From a virus, in IMG/VR virus record IMGVR_UViG_3300043399_000587, positions 60,790-124,789 of that record: a stretch of DNA of 64,000 nucleotides. One strand, given 5' to 3'. Shown in pieces: positions 19,291 to 29,316 of this stretch. Every line of letters begins with the position of its first letter. The first letter of the stretch is position 1. The position numbers were made by a program, and so were the translations under genes. The notes beneath the pieces were generated by a model, which saw nothing but the letters and a program-made list of their open reading frames with translations, ran no database searches and was not told where the DNA came from.

Positions 19291-19866
19291 ATGAAAGCAA
19301 ATGATTTTGTTAATGAAACTGCTGCTATTGAACTAGCTAAAAAATTGCCTAGTTTAGAAAAGCATGACTATAATACTATTGATAAACTCATGCAGAAAAT
19401 TGCCAAAAAACACAGAATTACAGGTAAAATTTTGCATGACTTGTTTATCAAAAAGTATCGTTCTACTCCGGATAATTGGATCAAAAATAAATTGGATGAA
19501 ACAGATGTTCAATCCGATTTACAACAGGAAGTTGATAAGTTCGCAGATTGGGCTAGCAAAAGACTACATTTAAAAACAAGACCAGTTATAGAACTAAGTC
19601 AAGATACCGAAGAAGCACAAACAGGACATCATACAGGTAGACACACTGAAGGTGACAACAAAGTTTGGGTCTATGTTAAAAATAGAAACTTAGTTGATAT
19701 ATTGCGCACTGTATTTCATGAATTGGTTCACGTAAGACAAGGTGAACTAAGTATGATTAAGCCTGGTTCAAGCTATCCCGGTAGTCCAATAGAAGCCATG
19801 GCTGACATGCTGGCTGGAAAATATATCAAAATTTACGGCGAAAAAAATAGGCATATTTTTCAATGA
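19291..19866 (+). CDS. Zincin-like metallopeptidase with head-targeting-like leader
   Basis: MKANDFVNE; LRTVFHELVH..Q; downstream E..A. Confidence 0.7.
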   Translation: MKANDFVNETAAIELAKKLPSLEKHDYNTIDKLMQKIAKKHRITGKILHDLFIKKYRSTPDNWIKNKLDETDVQSDLQQEVDKFADWASKRLHLKTRPVIELSQDTEEAQTGHHTGRHTEGDNKVWVYVKNRNLVDILRTVFHELVHVRQGELSMIKPGSSYPGSPIEAMADMLAGKYIKIYGEKNRHIFQ

Positions 19867-20984
19867 CATACTACATCAAACCGATTAATATTTATGGATA
19901 TCTCACAGATGATCCTACTGCTCTAAAAAATTTAGAAACTATTGTAGTTCAAGTTAAGAATACTTCCGAAAATATTAATGCGGTTCCTTATCTATTATTG
20001 GTAGATGTAGTAGAAGGTAGGATATACAATGAAACTCATGATGCATATATCGAAAATATTAGGAGCATCTTAAAAAATCAAGGTGTTGAATATCAATTTA
20101 TCTTAGATGGAGATTTTGAATCCGAAAGTAAAATATCAAAGCTACACAAAGACATTGTATATGTTAATTTTTTTGCAGCAGCATGTTATGCACACACATT
20201 ATTATCACCGAATCAACGAGTAAATCAAAAATGGAATAACAAAAGTTCTATGGGATTATACTTGCCAGGACAGCCAGATAGGCCACACAGGATAAAATTA
20301 ATTGCTATGATGTGGGAAAAAAAGTTACTGAACAAGTTAAATTATTCATTCTTTATTACCGATCTTGAAAAAAATAGCGTGTTCAATCAGAATCTGTTAT
20401 CCTATGATAAAGAAAAATTTGATAGATTCCTAAATGAAACTCTTTGTAGTTTAGATATAATAGCTGGATCTGAAGATAGTTTTAATTACACCGGTTATCC
20501 ATTTGATCACAGACTATACTCTAACACGTTATTTTCTGTCATATCAGAATCAGACTTCAAAAATGAATCAAACTGGAAACCTAAGTTAACTGAAAAAACA
20601 TACAGAGCAATGGTGAATAAACATCCATTTATTTGTGCTTGGTTTCCTGGTATGACAACTCACATAGAAAATTTAGGGTTTAAATCTTTCAAAGAATACA
20701 TGTATTATCCAAATTACAACGATGAACCAGATTTAATTAGACGACTGAAGCATACAATTAAAAACATAGAAACATTCAGTAATCAAGTAATCACACACGT
20801 TGATAAAATACGGGATGATGTAGAATTCAACTACAACCATTTTGTTTCATTAGCCAAATCAAATGCCCGAAAAATAGAATTACTGTTAGACAAACCACAA
20901 CTACCGCAATACAGTGTTACATTGACTGATATAGTTTCTTACTTTTTTCCATTAATGGCTAACTTAGTCAAAAAAATAAATTGA
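19863..20984 (+). CDS. Hypothetical protein, possible glycosyltransferase-like fold
   Basis: FSVISES, LTEKTY, KHPFI, GFKSF, FNYNHF. Confidence 0.6.
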   Translation: MTYYIKPINIYGYLTDDPTALKNLETIVVQVKNTSENINAVPYLLLVDVVEGRIYNETHDAYIENIRSILKNQGVEYQFILDGDFESESKISKLHKDIVYVNFFAAACYAHTLLSPNQRVNQKWNNKSSMGLYLPGQPDRPHRIKLIAMMWEKKLLNKLNYSFFITDLEKNSVFNQNLLSYDKEKFDRFLNETLCSLDIIAGSEDSFNYTGYPFDHRLYSNTLFSVISESDFKNESNWKPKLTEKTYRAMVNKHPFICAWFPGMTTHIENLGFKSFKEYMYYPNYNDEPDLIRRLKHTIKNIETFSNQVITHVDKIRDDVEFNYNHFVSLAKSNARKIELLLDKPQLPQYSVTLTDIVSYFFPLMANLVKKIN

Positions 20985-21019
20985 CTCTAATTAAGTTTTG
21001 TGTTAGTATCATTGATACT

Positions 21020-21610
21020 ATGATTAAACTTCTGTTTCCATTACCTCGGCATGTAACCGTTGCTTTCAGTGGCGGTGTCGATAGTGTTGCTGTTGTTGAT
21101 TTTTTATCTAAAAATCACGATGTAACCTGTGCCTTTTATCATCACGGTACAAACAATAGTTACAGTGCATTTAAATTTGTAACTGAGTTTTGTACAGAAA
21201 GAAAGCTACCACTATTAGTGGGAGTTTTGAATAAAGACAAACCCAAAAAAATGAGCTACGAAGAATTTTGGCGTGAGGAACGTTATAATTTTTTGTCTAC
21301 ATTAGGACCGGTTATTACAGCACATCATTTAGATGATGCAGTAGAAACATATCTATGGTCATCAATGCACGGTAACCCAAAAGTTCCTAAATTAATTCGT
21401 GGCAATGTTATTCGTCCTTTTCTATGTACTCCCAAAAGTGAATTTATCAGTTGGTGCCATAGAAAAGAGCTGACATGGTGCGAAGACTTGAGCAATGAAG
21501 ATCAACAATACACTCGCAATTACATCCGTAAAAATCTTGTACCACATGCAATGCATGTGAATCCCGGATTGCGTAAAACGGTGAAAAAAATTATTGAAAA
21601 ACAGATGTAA
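21020..21610 (+). CDS. tilS: tRNA(Ile)-lysidine synthetase-like PP-loop ATPase (catalytic domain only)
   Basis: AFSGGVDS, R.ERY, AHHLDD..ET, IRPFL, ED.SN, RNYIR. Confidence 0.8.
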   Translation: MIKLLFPLPRHVTVAFSGGVDSVAVVDFLSKNHDVTCAFYHHGTNNSYSAFKFVTEFCTERKLPLLVGVLNKDKPKKMSYEEFWREERYNFLSTLGPVITAHHLDDAVETYLWSSMHGNPKVPKLIRGNVIRPFLCTPKSEFISWCHRKELTWCEDLSNEDQQYTRNYIRKNLVPHAMHVNPGLRKTVKKIIEKQM

Positions 21611-21643
21611 TTCATATACAATTAACACTTTAAAGGAGAACAC

Positions 21644-21907
21644 ATGTCCACAACTAAGACTTTTTCAGGCGATCAGAAAATCAAACTAACACAACTTATC
21701 AACGAGGGTATGGCAGTCATGCACGAAATTGATACATTGCAGGGCGGACTTACCGATACAGTTAAAGCTGTAGCAGAAGAATTGGAAGTAAAACCTAGCG
21801 TATTAAAAAAGGCGATACGTATTGCACATAAAGCAAGCCTTACCCAGGCAAATCAAGAACATGAAGACCTAAACACTATTCTTGAAGCAGTTGGAAAGAC
21901 ACTATAA
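21644..21907 (+). CDS. Small dsDNA-binding protein (T4 DsbA/GapR-like)
   Basis: Helical 87 aa, VKAVAEELEVKPSVLKKAI; AAGGAG RBS. Confidence 0.55.
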   Translation: MSTTKTFSGDQKIKLTQLINEGMAVMHEIDTLQGGLTDTVKAVAEELEVKPSVLKKAIRIAHKASLTQANQEHEDLNTILEAVGKTL

Positions 21908-22167
21908 TGGGTTGCAGTTTAAAAGCCGTTTACGAAGACGAAGAAGATTGGGAGCGTCTTCAAAAAGAAAACAATCTACCCTTAGAGTGGAAAGTATATA
22001 GTCGTGAGCATCATTTTGCCCGACAAATGTATAGTAAAGGGTACAAAAATATACGACTAAAATTGGCAGTTAATCATGCTATTGAATTAGAAAAACTTCA
22101 ACTGCGCCACGCAAAAGAATGGCAGGAGTTGGAACAATTAGTAGAATTAGAATTAAAATATAAATGA
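21907..22167 (+). CDS. Hypothetical protein
   Basis: 86-aa ORF coupled to neighbours. Confidence 0.65.
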   Translation: MGCSLKAVYEDEEDWERLQKENNLPLEWKVYSREHHFARQMYSKGYKNIRLKLAVNHAIELEKLQLRHAKEWQELEQLVELELKYK

Positions 22168-24869
22168 GCTACATTGATGCTATCCATGACCGCGAAAGTG
22201 ATAGAATCTTCGTAGTAGAACGTGACACCAACGGTAATAGAACTTATAAAGAATATCCGTGCAATTATACGTTTTACTATAGCGATCCTAAAGGAAAGCA
22301 ACGTAGCATTTACGGCGATCCTGTAAGCAAGTTCAGTAGTCGTAAACGTCAAGAATTTGAAAAAGAAAAACGAATTCATGCAAACAAGAAATTGTTTGAA
22401 AGTGATATTAACGTTGTATTCCGTTGCCTCAGTGAGAATTATCTAGGAGTTGAGCCTCCTAAACTTCATACATGTTTCTTTGACATTGAAGTTGACTTTG
22501 ATCCTGAAAAGGGGTTTAGTCCAACTAGTGATCCATTTAATCCAGTTACTGCTATCAGTTGTTATTTGGATTGGCTTGATCAACTAATTACATTGGTCAT
22601 TGCTCCTCGACACATGAGTCCTGAATCTGCACGTGAGATATGCAACCAGTTTGATAATTGTTTGCTATTTGAAAATGAGAAGGAAATGTTTGAAGCATTC
22701 TTCCAACTCATTGAAGATGCTGACGTATTGACAGGTTGGAACTCAGAGGGATACGATATTCCATATATGGTTAATCGTGTAACACGTGTATTGAGTAAGG
22801 ATGACACTCGTAAATTCTGTTTACTTGGGCAAATGCCTAAGTCCAGAACTTATGAGCGTTTCGGTAAAGAAGAAACTACATATGATTTAGTGGGTCGTGT
22901 TCATATGGACTATTTACAGTTGTACAAAAAGTACAACTACGAAAGTCGTCATAGCTATTCACTTGATGCAATCGGTGAAATGGAAGTTAATGAACGCAAA
23001 ACACAGTATGAAGGAACTCTTGACCAGTTGTATAATAAAGACTTTAAGACATTTATCCAGTATAATAGACAGGATACAATGTTGATGGTCAAGATTCACA
23101 ATAAACTTAAGTTTTTAGATTTAGCTAATGCACTAGCACATGAAAATACCGTGCTATTGCCAACTGTCATGGGGTCTGTTGCAATGATTGAAATGGCAAT
23201 CATGAATGAGGCTCATGAACGTGGTATGGTAGTACCCGATAAAAAACGAAAGGAAATGCATAATGATGAACAAAAAGCGGCAGGTGCCTATGTTGCTACT
23301 CCCAAAAGGGGCATCCACGAATGGGTCGGGGCAGTTGATATCAACTCGCTCTATCCCTCGGTTATTAGAGCCCTCAACATGGCTCCAGAAACAATCATTG
23401 CACAAGTCCGGCAGTCTCTCACAGGACAATACATGCAAGATAAAGGAAGAAAATTAGCCAGTGAAAAGAAAAACTATAAAGAAGATGATGATGCTGTAAC
23501 TGGTAGTATTTTATGGGAAGGTTTGTTTGGTAGTTTAGAATACACTGCCATAATGAACTGTGAGCGTGGTACTATGCTTACACTAGACTATGAAGATGGT
23601 CGAAGTGAAGAAATGAGTGCTGCTGAAATCTGGAAACTTATCTTTGATAGTCATAAACCATATATGATTAGTGCCAATGGTACTATTTTTACTTATGAAA
23701 AAGAAGGTGTGATTCCAGGACTACTCACACGTTGGTATACAGAACGTAAAGCAACTCAAAAGCAAGCTAAAGAAGCAAAAGATAAAGCAGAGTTTGAATA
23801 TTACGACAAGCGACAACTTGTTCGTAAGATTTTGCTTAACAGTGCTTATGGCGCACTATTGAATGAGCATTGTCGCTTTTATGACAAGCGTATAGGACAA
23901 AGTGTAACATTGTCGGGACGACAAATTGTTAAACACATGATGAGTCAAATTAATTTGATTGTAGCAGGTGAATACAATCACGAAGGTCCTGCAATTGTAT
24001 ATGGTGATACTGATAGCTGCTACTTCAGTGCGTATCCAATCTTCAAAGAACAAATCGATAAAGGTGAGTTTAAATGGAGTAAAGAAGCCTGTATACAAAT
24101 TTACGATGCAATAGCTGACGAAGCTAACTCTAGCTTCCCTACATTTATGGAACGTGCGTTTCATGCACCTCGAAAGAATGGTGAAATCATTAAAGCAGGT
24201 CGTGAACTGATCGGTGATCGTAGTATTTTTATCACTAAGAAGCATTACGCTATCAACATCTATGATAAAGAAGGCAAGCGTAAAGATAAAGATGGTAAGT
24301 TAGGTGATATCAAGGCTATGGGTCTTGACTTAAAACGTGCCGACACTCCTAAGTACGTACAAGAGTTTTTGATGAACGTATTGAAGATGGTTATTCAAGA
24401 AGGTAAAGGTCGTAATGAAGTGATTGATGCAATCAAGGATTTCAAAAAGATTTTATCTGCACAAGATTCATGGACTAAAGGTTCACCTAAATCAGTAAAT
24501 AACTTGACTAGGCATACTGAAAACTGGGAAAAGACTGGCAAGTGTAGTGTTGGTCATGCTATGGCAGCTATTAATTATAACTATCTGCGTAGAGTTAACG
24601 GTGATAACTATTCTATGAAGATTGTTGATGGAATGAAGGTTATTGTTTGTAAACTTAAACCCAATCCATTGAACTTTACTAGTATTGCTTATCCAACTGA
24701 TGAACTTAGACTGCCACGATGGTTCTGTGAATTACCATTTGATGACAATAAAATGGAACGCACCCTAGTAGACGAAAAAATTGAGAACTTATTGGGCGTT
24801 CTTAATTGGGATCTACGTAGCAATACTAATACGAATAGCACGTTCGATCAACTATTCAGCTTCGGATAA
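22164..24869 (+). CDS. Family B DNA polymerase (gp43-like)
   Basis: Exo DIEVD, GWNSEGYD, YNRQD; pol DINSLYPS, KILLNSAYG, YGDTDS. Confidence 0.97.
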   Translation: MSYIDAIHDRESDRIFVVERDTNGNRTYKEYPCNYTFYYSDPKGKQRSIYGDPVSKFSSRKRQEFEKEKRIHANKKLFESDINVVFRCLSENYLGVEPPKLHTCFFDIEVDFDPEKGFSPTSDPFNPVTAISCYLDWLDQLITLVIAPRHMSPESAREICNQFDNCLLFENEKEMFEAFFQLIEDADVLTGWNSEGYDIPYMVNRVTRVLSKDDTRKFCLLGQMPKSRTYERFGKEETTYDLVGRVHMDYLQLYKKYNYESRHSYSLDAIGEMEVNERKTQYEGTLDQLYNKDFKTFIQYNRQDTMLMVKIHNKLKFLDLANALAHENTVLLPTVMGSVAMIEMAIMNEAHERGMVVPDKKRKEMHNDEQKAAGAYVATPKRGIHEWVGAVDINSLYPSVIRALNMAPETIIAQVRQSLTGQYMQDKGRKLASEKKNYKEDDDAVTGSILWEGLFGSLEYTAIMNCERGTMLTLDYEDGRSEEMSAAEIWKLIFDSHKPYMISANGTIFTYEKEGVIPGLLTRWYTERKATQKQAKEAKDKAEFEYYDKRQLVRKILLNSAYGALLNEHCRFYDKRIGQSVTLSGRQIVKHMMSQINLIVAGEYNHEGPAIVYGDTDSCYFSAYPIFKEQIDKGEFKWSKEACIQIYDAIADEANSSFPTFMERAFHAPRKNGEIIKAGRELIGDRSIFITKKHYAINIYDKEGKRKDKDGKLGDIKAMGLDLKRADTPKYVQEFLMNVLKMVIQEGKGRNEVIDAIKDFKKILSAQDSWTKGSPKSVNNLTRHTENWEKTGKCSVGHAMAAINYNYLRRVNGDNYSMKIVDGMKVIVCKLKPNPLNFTSIAYPTDELRLPRWFCELPFDDNKMERTLVDEKIENLLGVLNWDLRSNTNTNSTFDQLFSFG

Positions 24870-24950
24870 ATTGCAGCTTGACGTTTGCAATAAATTCCAC
24901 TATATTACACAATGATACAGCCTAAATAAATTAACACATAAAGGATAAAC

Positions 24951-25682
24951 ATGAAAGACTATTTACTTGACCTCATTCAACACACTCATGGTCTGGGCGA
25001 GATTGACCTCGTTAAAATCACCGGCACTGACAAAGAAACGCAGATTAATGCCGTAGCAGAAAACAAATCTGTTGTTGTTAGTGGAACTTTTAAAACTCCA
25101 ATCGCAGATTTTATCGGTATATTTGGTATGCCCAATCTTGGCAAACTAAAGACTATTCTGAGTTTTGATGAGTATGATGACACCTCTAAAATTAATGTGA
25201 CACGCACTAAGCGTGACAATGAAGATGTTCCTACTACAATTCACTTTGAAACAAAATCAGGTGACTTTATTAATGATTATAGGCTCATGTCTAAGACTAT
25301 CGTAGAAGAAAAGGTTCGCACACTTATGTTTAAGGGTGCAAATTGGAACGTTGAATTTGAGCCCAGTGTTGCAGGTATCCTTCGCTTGAAAAAACAAGCA
25401 AGTGCCAACCACGAAGAACAACATTTTACCATGACTACTGTTGGTACTGACTTGAAAATCAACTTCGGTGATCCTAGTACTCATAGCGGTAACTTTGTAT
25501 TTTATGCAGGTGTTAGTGGCAAGCTTTCCCAACCTTGGAAGTGGCCTGTTAGAGTATTTCAATCTATCATGGATCTTCCAGGTGACAAGAAAGTAAAGAT
25601 TGCTGATCAGGGCGCCACGGAAATTACAGTTGATAGTCCGTTTGCGACTTACAAGTATCTATTGCCTGCACAATCAAAATGA
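24951..25682 (+). CDS. Probable sliding clamp (gp45-like)
   Basis: 243 aa, follows polymerase, beta/alpha alternation, C-terminal YKYLLPA; clamp loader present in window. Confidence 0.6.
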   Translation: MKDYLLDLIQHTHGLGEIDLVKITGTDKETQINAVAENKSVVVSGTFKTPIADFIGIFGMPNLGKLKTILSFDEYDDTSKINVTRTKRDNEDVPTTIHFETKSGDFINDYRLMSKTIVEEKVRTLMFKGANWNVEFEPSVAGILRLKKQASANHEEQHFTMTTVGTDLKINFGDPSTHSGNFVFYAGVSGKLSQPWKWPVRVFQSIMDLPGDKKVKIADQGATEITVDSPFATYKYLLPAQSK

Positions 25683-26059
25683 TTAAAGGAATATCCGCCG
25701 GTCAAGGTATAATAGTACAGGGAGGCGGTGTTCCGCACATATCTAAATCATATAGCAGTTCAACTACGTATCTAGTAGGTTCTGTCATGTTTGATTTAGA
25801 TCAGCAGTGTCTTAAAGTATACGATGGCTCTGCATGGCAAACATGTTCTGGTGGCTTTGTTCAAATATCATTTGATAATGAAACAAAAAGTTTGTTAGAG
25901 TGGGCTAAGCAAAAGAGGCAAGAAGAACATGAACTCGATGCTCTTGCTCAGACTAATCCTACTATCAAAGACCTTATCAGACAAATAAAAGAAAAAGAAG
26001 AACAAATTTTGATTGTACAACAATTAATTAAAGAAGAAGTCAAAGTTGAAGCAAATTAA
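25679..26059 (+). CDS. Hypothetical protein
   Basis: 126-aa ORF. Confidence 0.7.
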   Translation: MIKGISAGQGIIVQGGGVPHISKSYSSSTTYLVGSVMFDLDQQCLKVYDGSAWQTCSGGFVQISFDNETKSLLEWAKQKRQEEHELDALAQTNPTIKDLIRQIKEKEEQILIVQQLIKEEVKVEAN

Positions 26060-27584
26060 TTTATCAAATCAACAAAATCCCGACTGGGCACTGTTTTTGC
26101 CGGCAGTGTCTAGTTTCTTTATTACTGGTTTGGGTAAACAGCGTGAAGGTGAAAATTATTTTGAAGCTAACCGTATACCTGCAGGTTTTAACGGTGATGT
26201 TGAATGCTTGAATTTCTTAAACAGTAAGCAAGGACTATTCACATACAAGTGGGGTTTGTACTCTGCTGGCCATGCTAACTTAGATCCAACTAAAAACGAT
26301 AACGCAGAATCTATCATTCGTAAACGTGAAAGTGGTACGTTTATGTTAGGTGATAGCGGTGGCTTTCAAATTCTTAAAGGTCAATGGCCCGCTGACTGGA
26401 AAGATCCTAATTGTCCTAAGGCATTGGCAAAGCGTAAAGAAGTACTACTATGGATGGACACATACATGGATTACGGCATGTGTTTGGACGTACCCAGTGA
26501 GAGCTATAGAAACACAAAAGCATTCGAACAACACAAAATTCGTAATCTTGCTGATGCTGTAAAAGCCACACATATAAATAACGAATACTTTATCAAAAAT
26601 CGTAACGGTAATTGCAAATTCTTAAACGTCATGCAAGGACTAACGCATGAAGATAGTGATAGCTGGTACGAAGAAATGAAAAAGTACTGTGATCCAAAAG
26701 TATACCCTGATAATCATTTCAATGGCTGGGCATTTGGTGGTCAGAATAAGATTGACGTAGACTTGATGTTGCGTAGGCTTGTTGGTATTATTCATGATGG
26801 TTTACTACAAGAAGGTAAGCACGATTTACTTCACTGCTTGGGTGTAAGTATCATGGAGTACGCTGTACTCTTTAGTGACATACAACGAGCCATACGAAAA
26901 TATCATAATCCCAAATTTCAAATTACTTTTGACTGTGCTAGTCCATTTTTTAGTGCGGCTAAAGGTCTTGCTTATTTCAATACTAGCATTGAGCACAACA
27001 AGAAGTGGTCTTACAGTATGGAAAAGACCGCAGAAAATAAAGATTATGCCAACGATAACCGTAAGTTTATCGACGCTGTTTTACAAGACGGCATCCATAA
27101 GTTATTTGCAGATAGTCCAGTTACTGATAGAATGTTAGTTCGTGACTTGTGTTATCGTGGTCATGGATTTATAAACAATCAAGGTAAAGAAACAAAAACA
27201 AGTTGGGACACATTAAGTTATACGTTGTTACAAGCACATAATGTTTATCAACATATTGTAGCAGTACAAGAAGCTAATCGTAGATATGGACAAGGTATAA
27301 TGCCTAAGATGCTAATAAACAAATTTGAAGATATGCATTTTGGAGATGTCATTGACGAAATTTTTAAACTTAACAACAAAGATAAAAGTTTAGCATTAAT
27401 TAAACAACATGAGAATCTATGGACTCAAATGCAAAGTGGTAGCCAAGGATTGAGTGGTAAAAAAACAATTAACGCAATCACTATGTTTAATAAGCTATTT
27501 GAAGATCAACCTAATTTTGAATCGGAATTAGTTGATAACGAAGATGACGGAAACGAAATTATTAATTCGGCATTAGGAGAATGA
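26046..27584 (+). CDS. dpdA: TGT-fold DNA 7-deazaguanine transglycosylase (DpdA-like)
   Basis: DSGGFQ, LDVP, NVMQG, GWAFGG, HCLG, TFDCASP; with folE/queD/queE nearby. Confidence 0.75.
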   Translation: MKQINLSNQQNPDWALFLPAVSSFFITGLGKQREGENYFEANRIPAGFNGDVECLNFLNSKQGLFTYKWGLYSAGHANLDPTKNDNAESIIRKRESGTFMLGDSGGFQILKGQWPADWKDPNCPKALAKRKEVLLWMDTYMDYGMCLDVPSESYRNTKAFEQHKIRNLADAVKATHINNEYFIKNRNGNCKFLNVMQGLTHEDSDSWYEEMKKYCDPKVYPDNHFNGWAFGGQNKIDVDLMLRRLVGIIHDGLLQEGKHDLLHCLGVSIMEYAVLFSDIQRAIRKYHNPKFQITFDCASPFFSAAKGLAYFNTSIEHNKKWSYSMEKTAENKDYANDNRKFIDAVLQDGIHKLFADSPVTDRMLVRDLCYRGHGFINNQGKETKTSWDTLSYTLLQAHNVYQHIVAVQEANRRYGQGIMPKMLINKFEDMHFGDVIDEIFKLNNKDKSLALIKQHENLWTQMQSGSQGLSGKKTINAITMFNKLFEDQPNFESELVDNEDDGNEIINSALGE

Positions 27585-27585
27585 T

Positions 27586-27789
27586 ATGTATAGTGAAAAA
27601 ATTCGTAGACTTGAAAACGTGTTCGCGGATCAAACAACAAAGATTGATCTTTTAAAAAATGATGCTAGTAAAGCAATGGAATTAAAAACGTTAATAGAAC
27701 AACGATCAAACACGTTAACTGAATTGAGCAAGTTGAGACGTTTACAATATGAAGAACATGAAAGAGTTAGATTTGATGATGACCGCTGA
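27586..27789 (+). CDS. Hypothetical coiled-coil protein
   Basis: 67 aa; AGGAG RBS. Confidence 0.65.
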   Translation: MYSEKIRRLENVFADQTTKIDLLKNDASKAMELKTLIEQRSNTLTELSKLRRLQYEEHERVRFDDDR

Positions 27790-27885
27790 AATTAAAATAT
27801 ACGGAAAGTCTAAACATAAACTTAATCCTTTATAATTGCTTTTCGTGTTTCAATAACTTAAAATACATGTCAAGAAAGAAATAAT

Positions 27886-28341
27886 ATGAACATGCAACGT
27901 GATACCGAGCTTCAACTGAAGCGTGAAAGAATTCGTAATAAAGCTAATAGAATGATCTGGGTTACCTTTAGAAAAGAAGGTGTTCATAAATATCCGGCGG
28001 CAGCCAGCGATCCGAAACTTAAAACAGAAGATATGTATGATGTTTCTTTTTTGGGTTATCCTCATAGACATATTTTTCATTTTAATGTTGCTATTCAAGT
28101 TTGGCATAACGATAGGGATATAGAATTCATCCAATTTAAGCGTTGGCTTGAACAATTGTGTGACCAAGGTTTATTGTCTCTAGACTTTAAAAGCTGCGAA
28201 ATGATTAGTGATGACTTGTATGAACTAATTGCTAATCGTTATCCAGGACGTGACATTGAAATTACCGTCAGTGAAGATGGTGAAAACGGTGCCACAATTC
28301 ATTATAAAACTCATCAACCTATTCAACAACTAGCCATATAA
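27886..28341 (+). CDS. QueD-paralog T-fold protein (DpdL-like)
   Basis: LGYPHRHIF (LxxxHRHxF), RDIEF, SCEM, VSEDGENG. Confidence 0.65.
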   Translation: MNMQRDTELQLKRERIRNKANRMIWVTFRKEGVHKYPAAASDPKLKTEDMYDVSFLGYPHRHIFHFNVAIQVWHNDRDIEFIQFKRWLEQLCDQGLLSLDFKSCEMISDDLYELIANRYPGRDIEITVSEDGENGATIHYKTHQPIQQLAI

Positions 28342-28352
28342 GGAGAAACGTA

Positions 28353-28562
28353 ATGGCAAAACCTGATATTAAACCTAATCCTCGTGTTAATCAAATTTTT
28401 GAGGACTTAGAAAAGTATCTTGAATTCTGTAAGACTTATGGTTATAAGTTTGACGAAGCCGAGATATACAATAATAAAAGTTTTATATATCGACAGTTTA
28501 CTAAATATCTTACAGGAAAACCTGTAAAAGATATGTGGGAAACTGATGCTAAAACCGAATAA
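28353..28562 (+). CDS. Hypothetical protein
   Basis: 69 aa; AAGGAG RBS. Confidence 0.7.
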   Translation: MAKPDIKPNPRVNQIFEDLEKYLEFCKTYGYKFDEAEIYNNKSFIYRQFTKYLTGKPVKDMWETDAKTE

Positions 28563-29316
28563 AGTTGTACTGGTGACCGGAGGATTTGATCCTATTCACT
28601 CCGGTCACATCGAGTATTTCAAAGCAGCAAAAGAATTGGGAGACATTCTAGTAGTAGGACTTAATTCTGATGCATGGTTGGCCCGTAAAAAGGGCCAACC
28701 TTTTATGCCATTTATAGAACGACACAGTATTATCGAACATTTGTATATGGTAGATCATTGTATCATTTTCAATGATAATGACGACTCTAGTATTGAGGCG
28801 ATTAAAAATGTAAGAATGCTATATCCAGACTGTGAAATAGTTTTTGCCAACGGCGGTGATCGAACTAAAGAAAACATACTCGAAATGCAACACCAAGATT
28901 CAAATCTAACGTTTGAATTTGAAGTGGGTGGAGCTATTAAAAAAAATAGTTCTAGTTGGCTGTTACAAGAATGGAAAAATCCTAAATACAAACGGCCATG
29001 GGGATGGTATCGGGTACTAGATGACAAACCTGGTTATAAAGTAAAAGAATTAGTTATAGAACCGGGTGAAAAACTAAGTATGCAACGTCACCTTTTACGA
29101 TCGGAGCATTGGTATGTTCTTAAGGGCAAATGCGATGTTGCAACTATATACAATAATGTTAAAATGACAATCACAAAGGAAGTAAACGAAACCTACATCA
29201 TTGGGCAAGGTGTTTGGCATCAAGGTCAAAATAATTACGCTGACCCGTGTCATATACTAGAAGTTCAATATGGTCTACGTTGTGTAGAAGAAGATATAGA
29301 GAGAAAAGATGCGTAA
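28546..29316 (+). CDS. Cytidylyltransferase (RfaE-II-like) fused to mannose-6-P-isomerase-type cupin
   Basis: TGGFDPIHSGH, FANGGDR, KNSSS; RPWG, LSMQRH..RSEHW. Confidence 0.85.
   Translation: MLKPNKVVLVTGGFDPIHSGHIEYFKAAKELGDILVVGLNSDAWLARKKGQPFMPFIERHSIIEHLYMVDHCIIFNDNDDSSIEAIKNVRMLYPDCEIVFANGGDRTKENILEMQHQDSNLTFEFEVGGAIKKNSSSWLLQEWKNPKYKRPWGWYRVLDDKPGYKVKELVIEPGEKLSMQRHLLRSEHWYVLKGKCDVATIYNNVKMTITKEVNETYIIGQGVWHQGQNNYADPCHILEVQYGLRCVEEDIERKDA

Noticed and set aside
21020-21610. PP-loop protein as the missing QueC
   Set aside because: Has TilS motifs (HHxDD, RP, DxSN, RNxIR) and lacks the QueC C-terminal Cys cluster.
22164-24869. Intein or intron in the DNA polymerase
   Set aside because: Normal length, continuous motifs, no intein terminal signatures seen.
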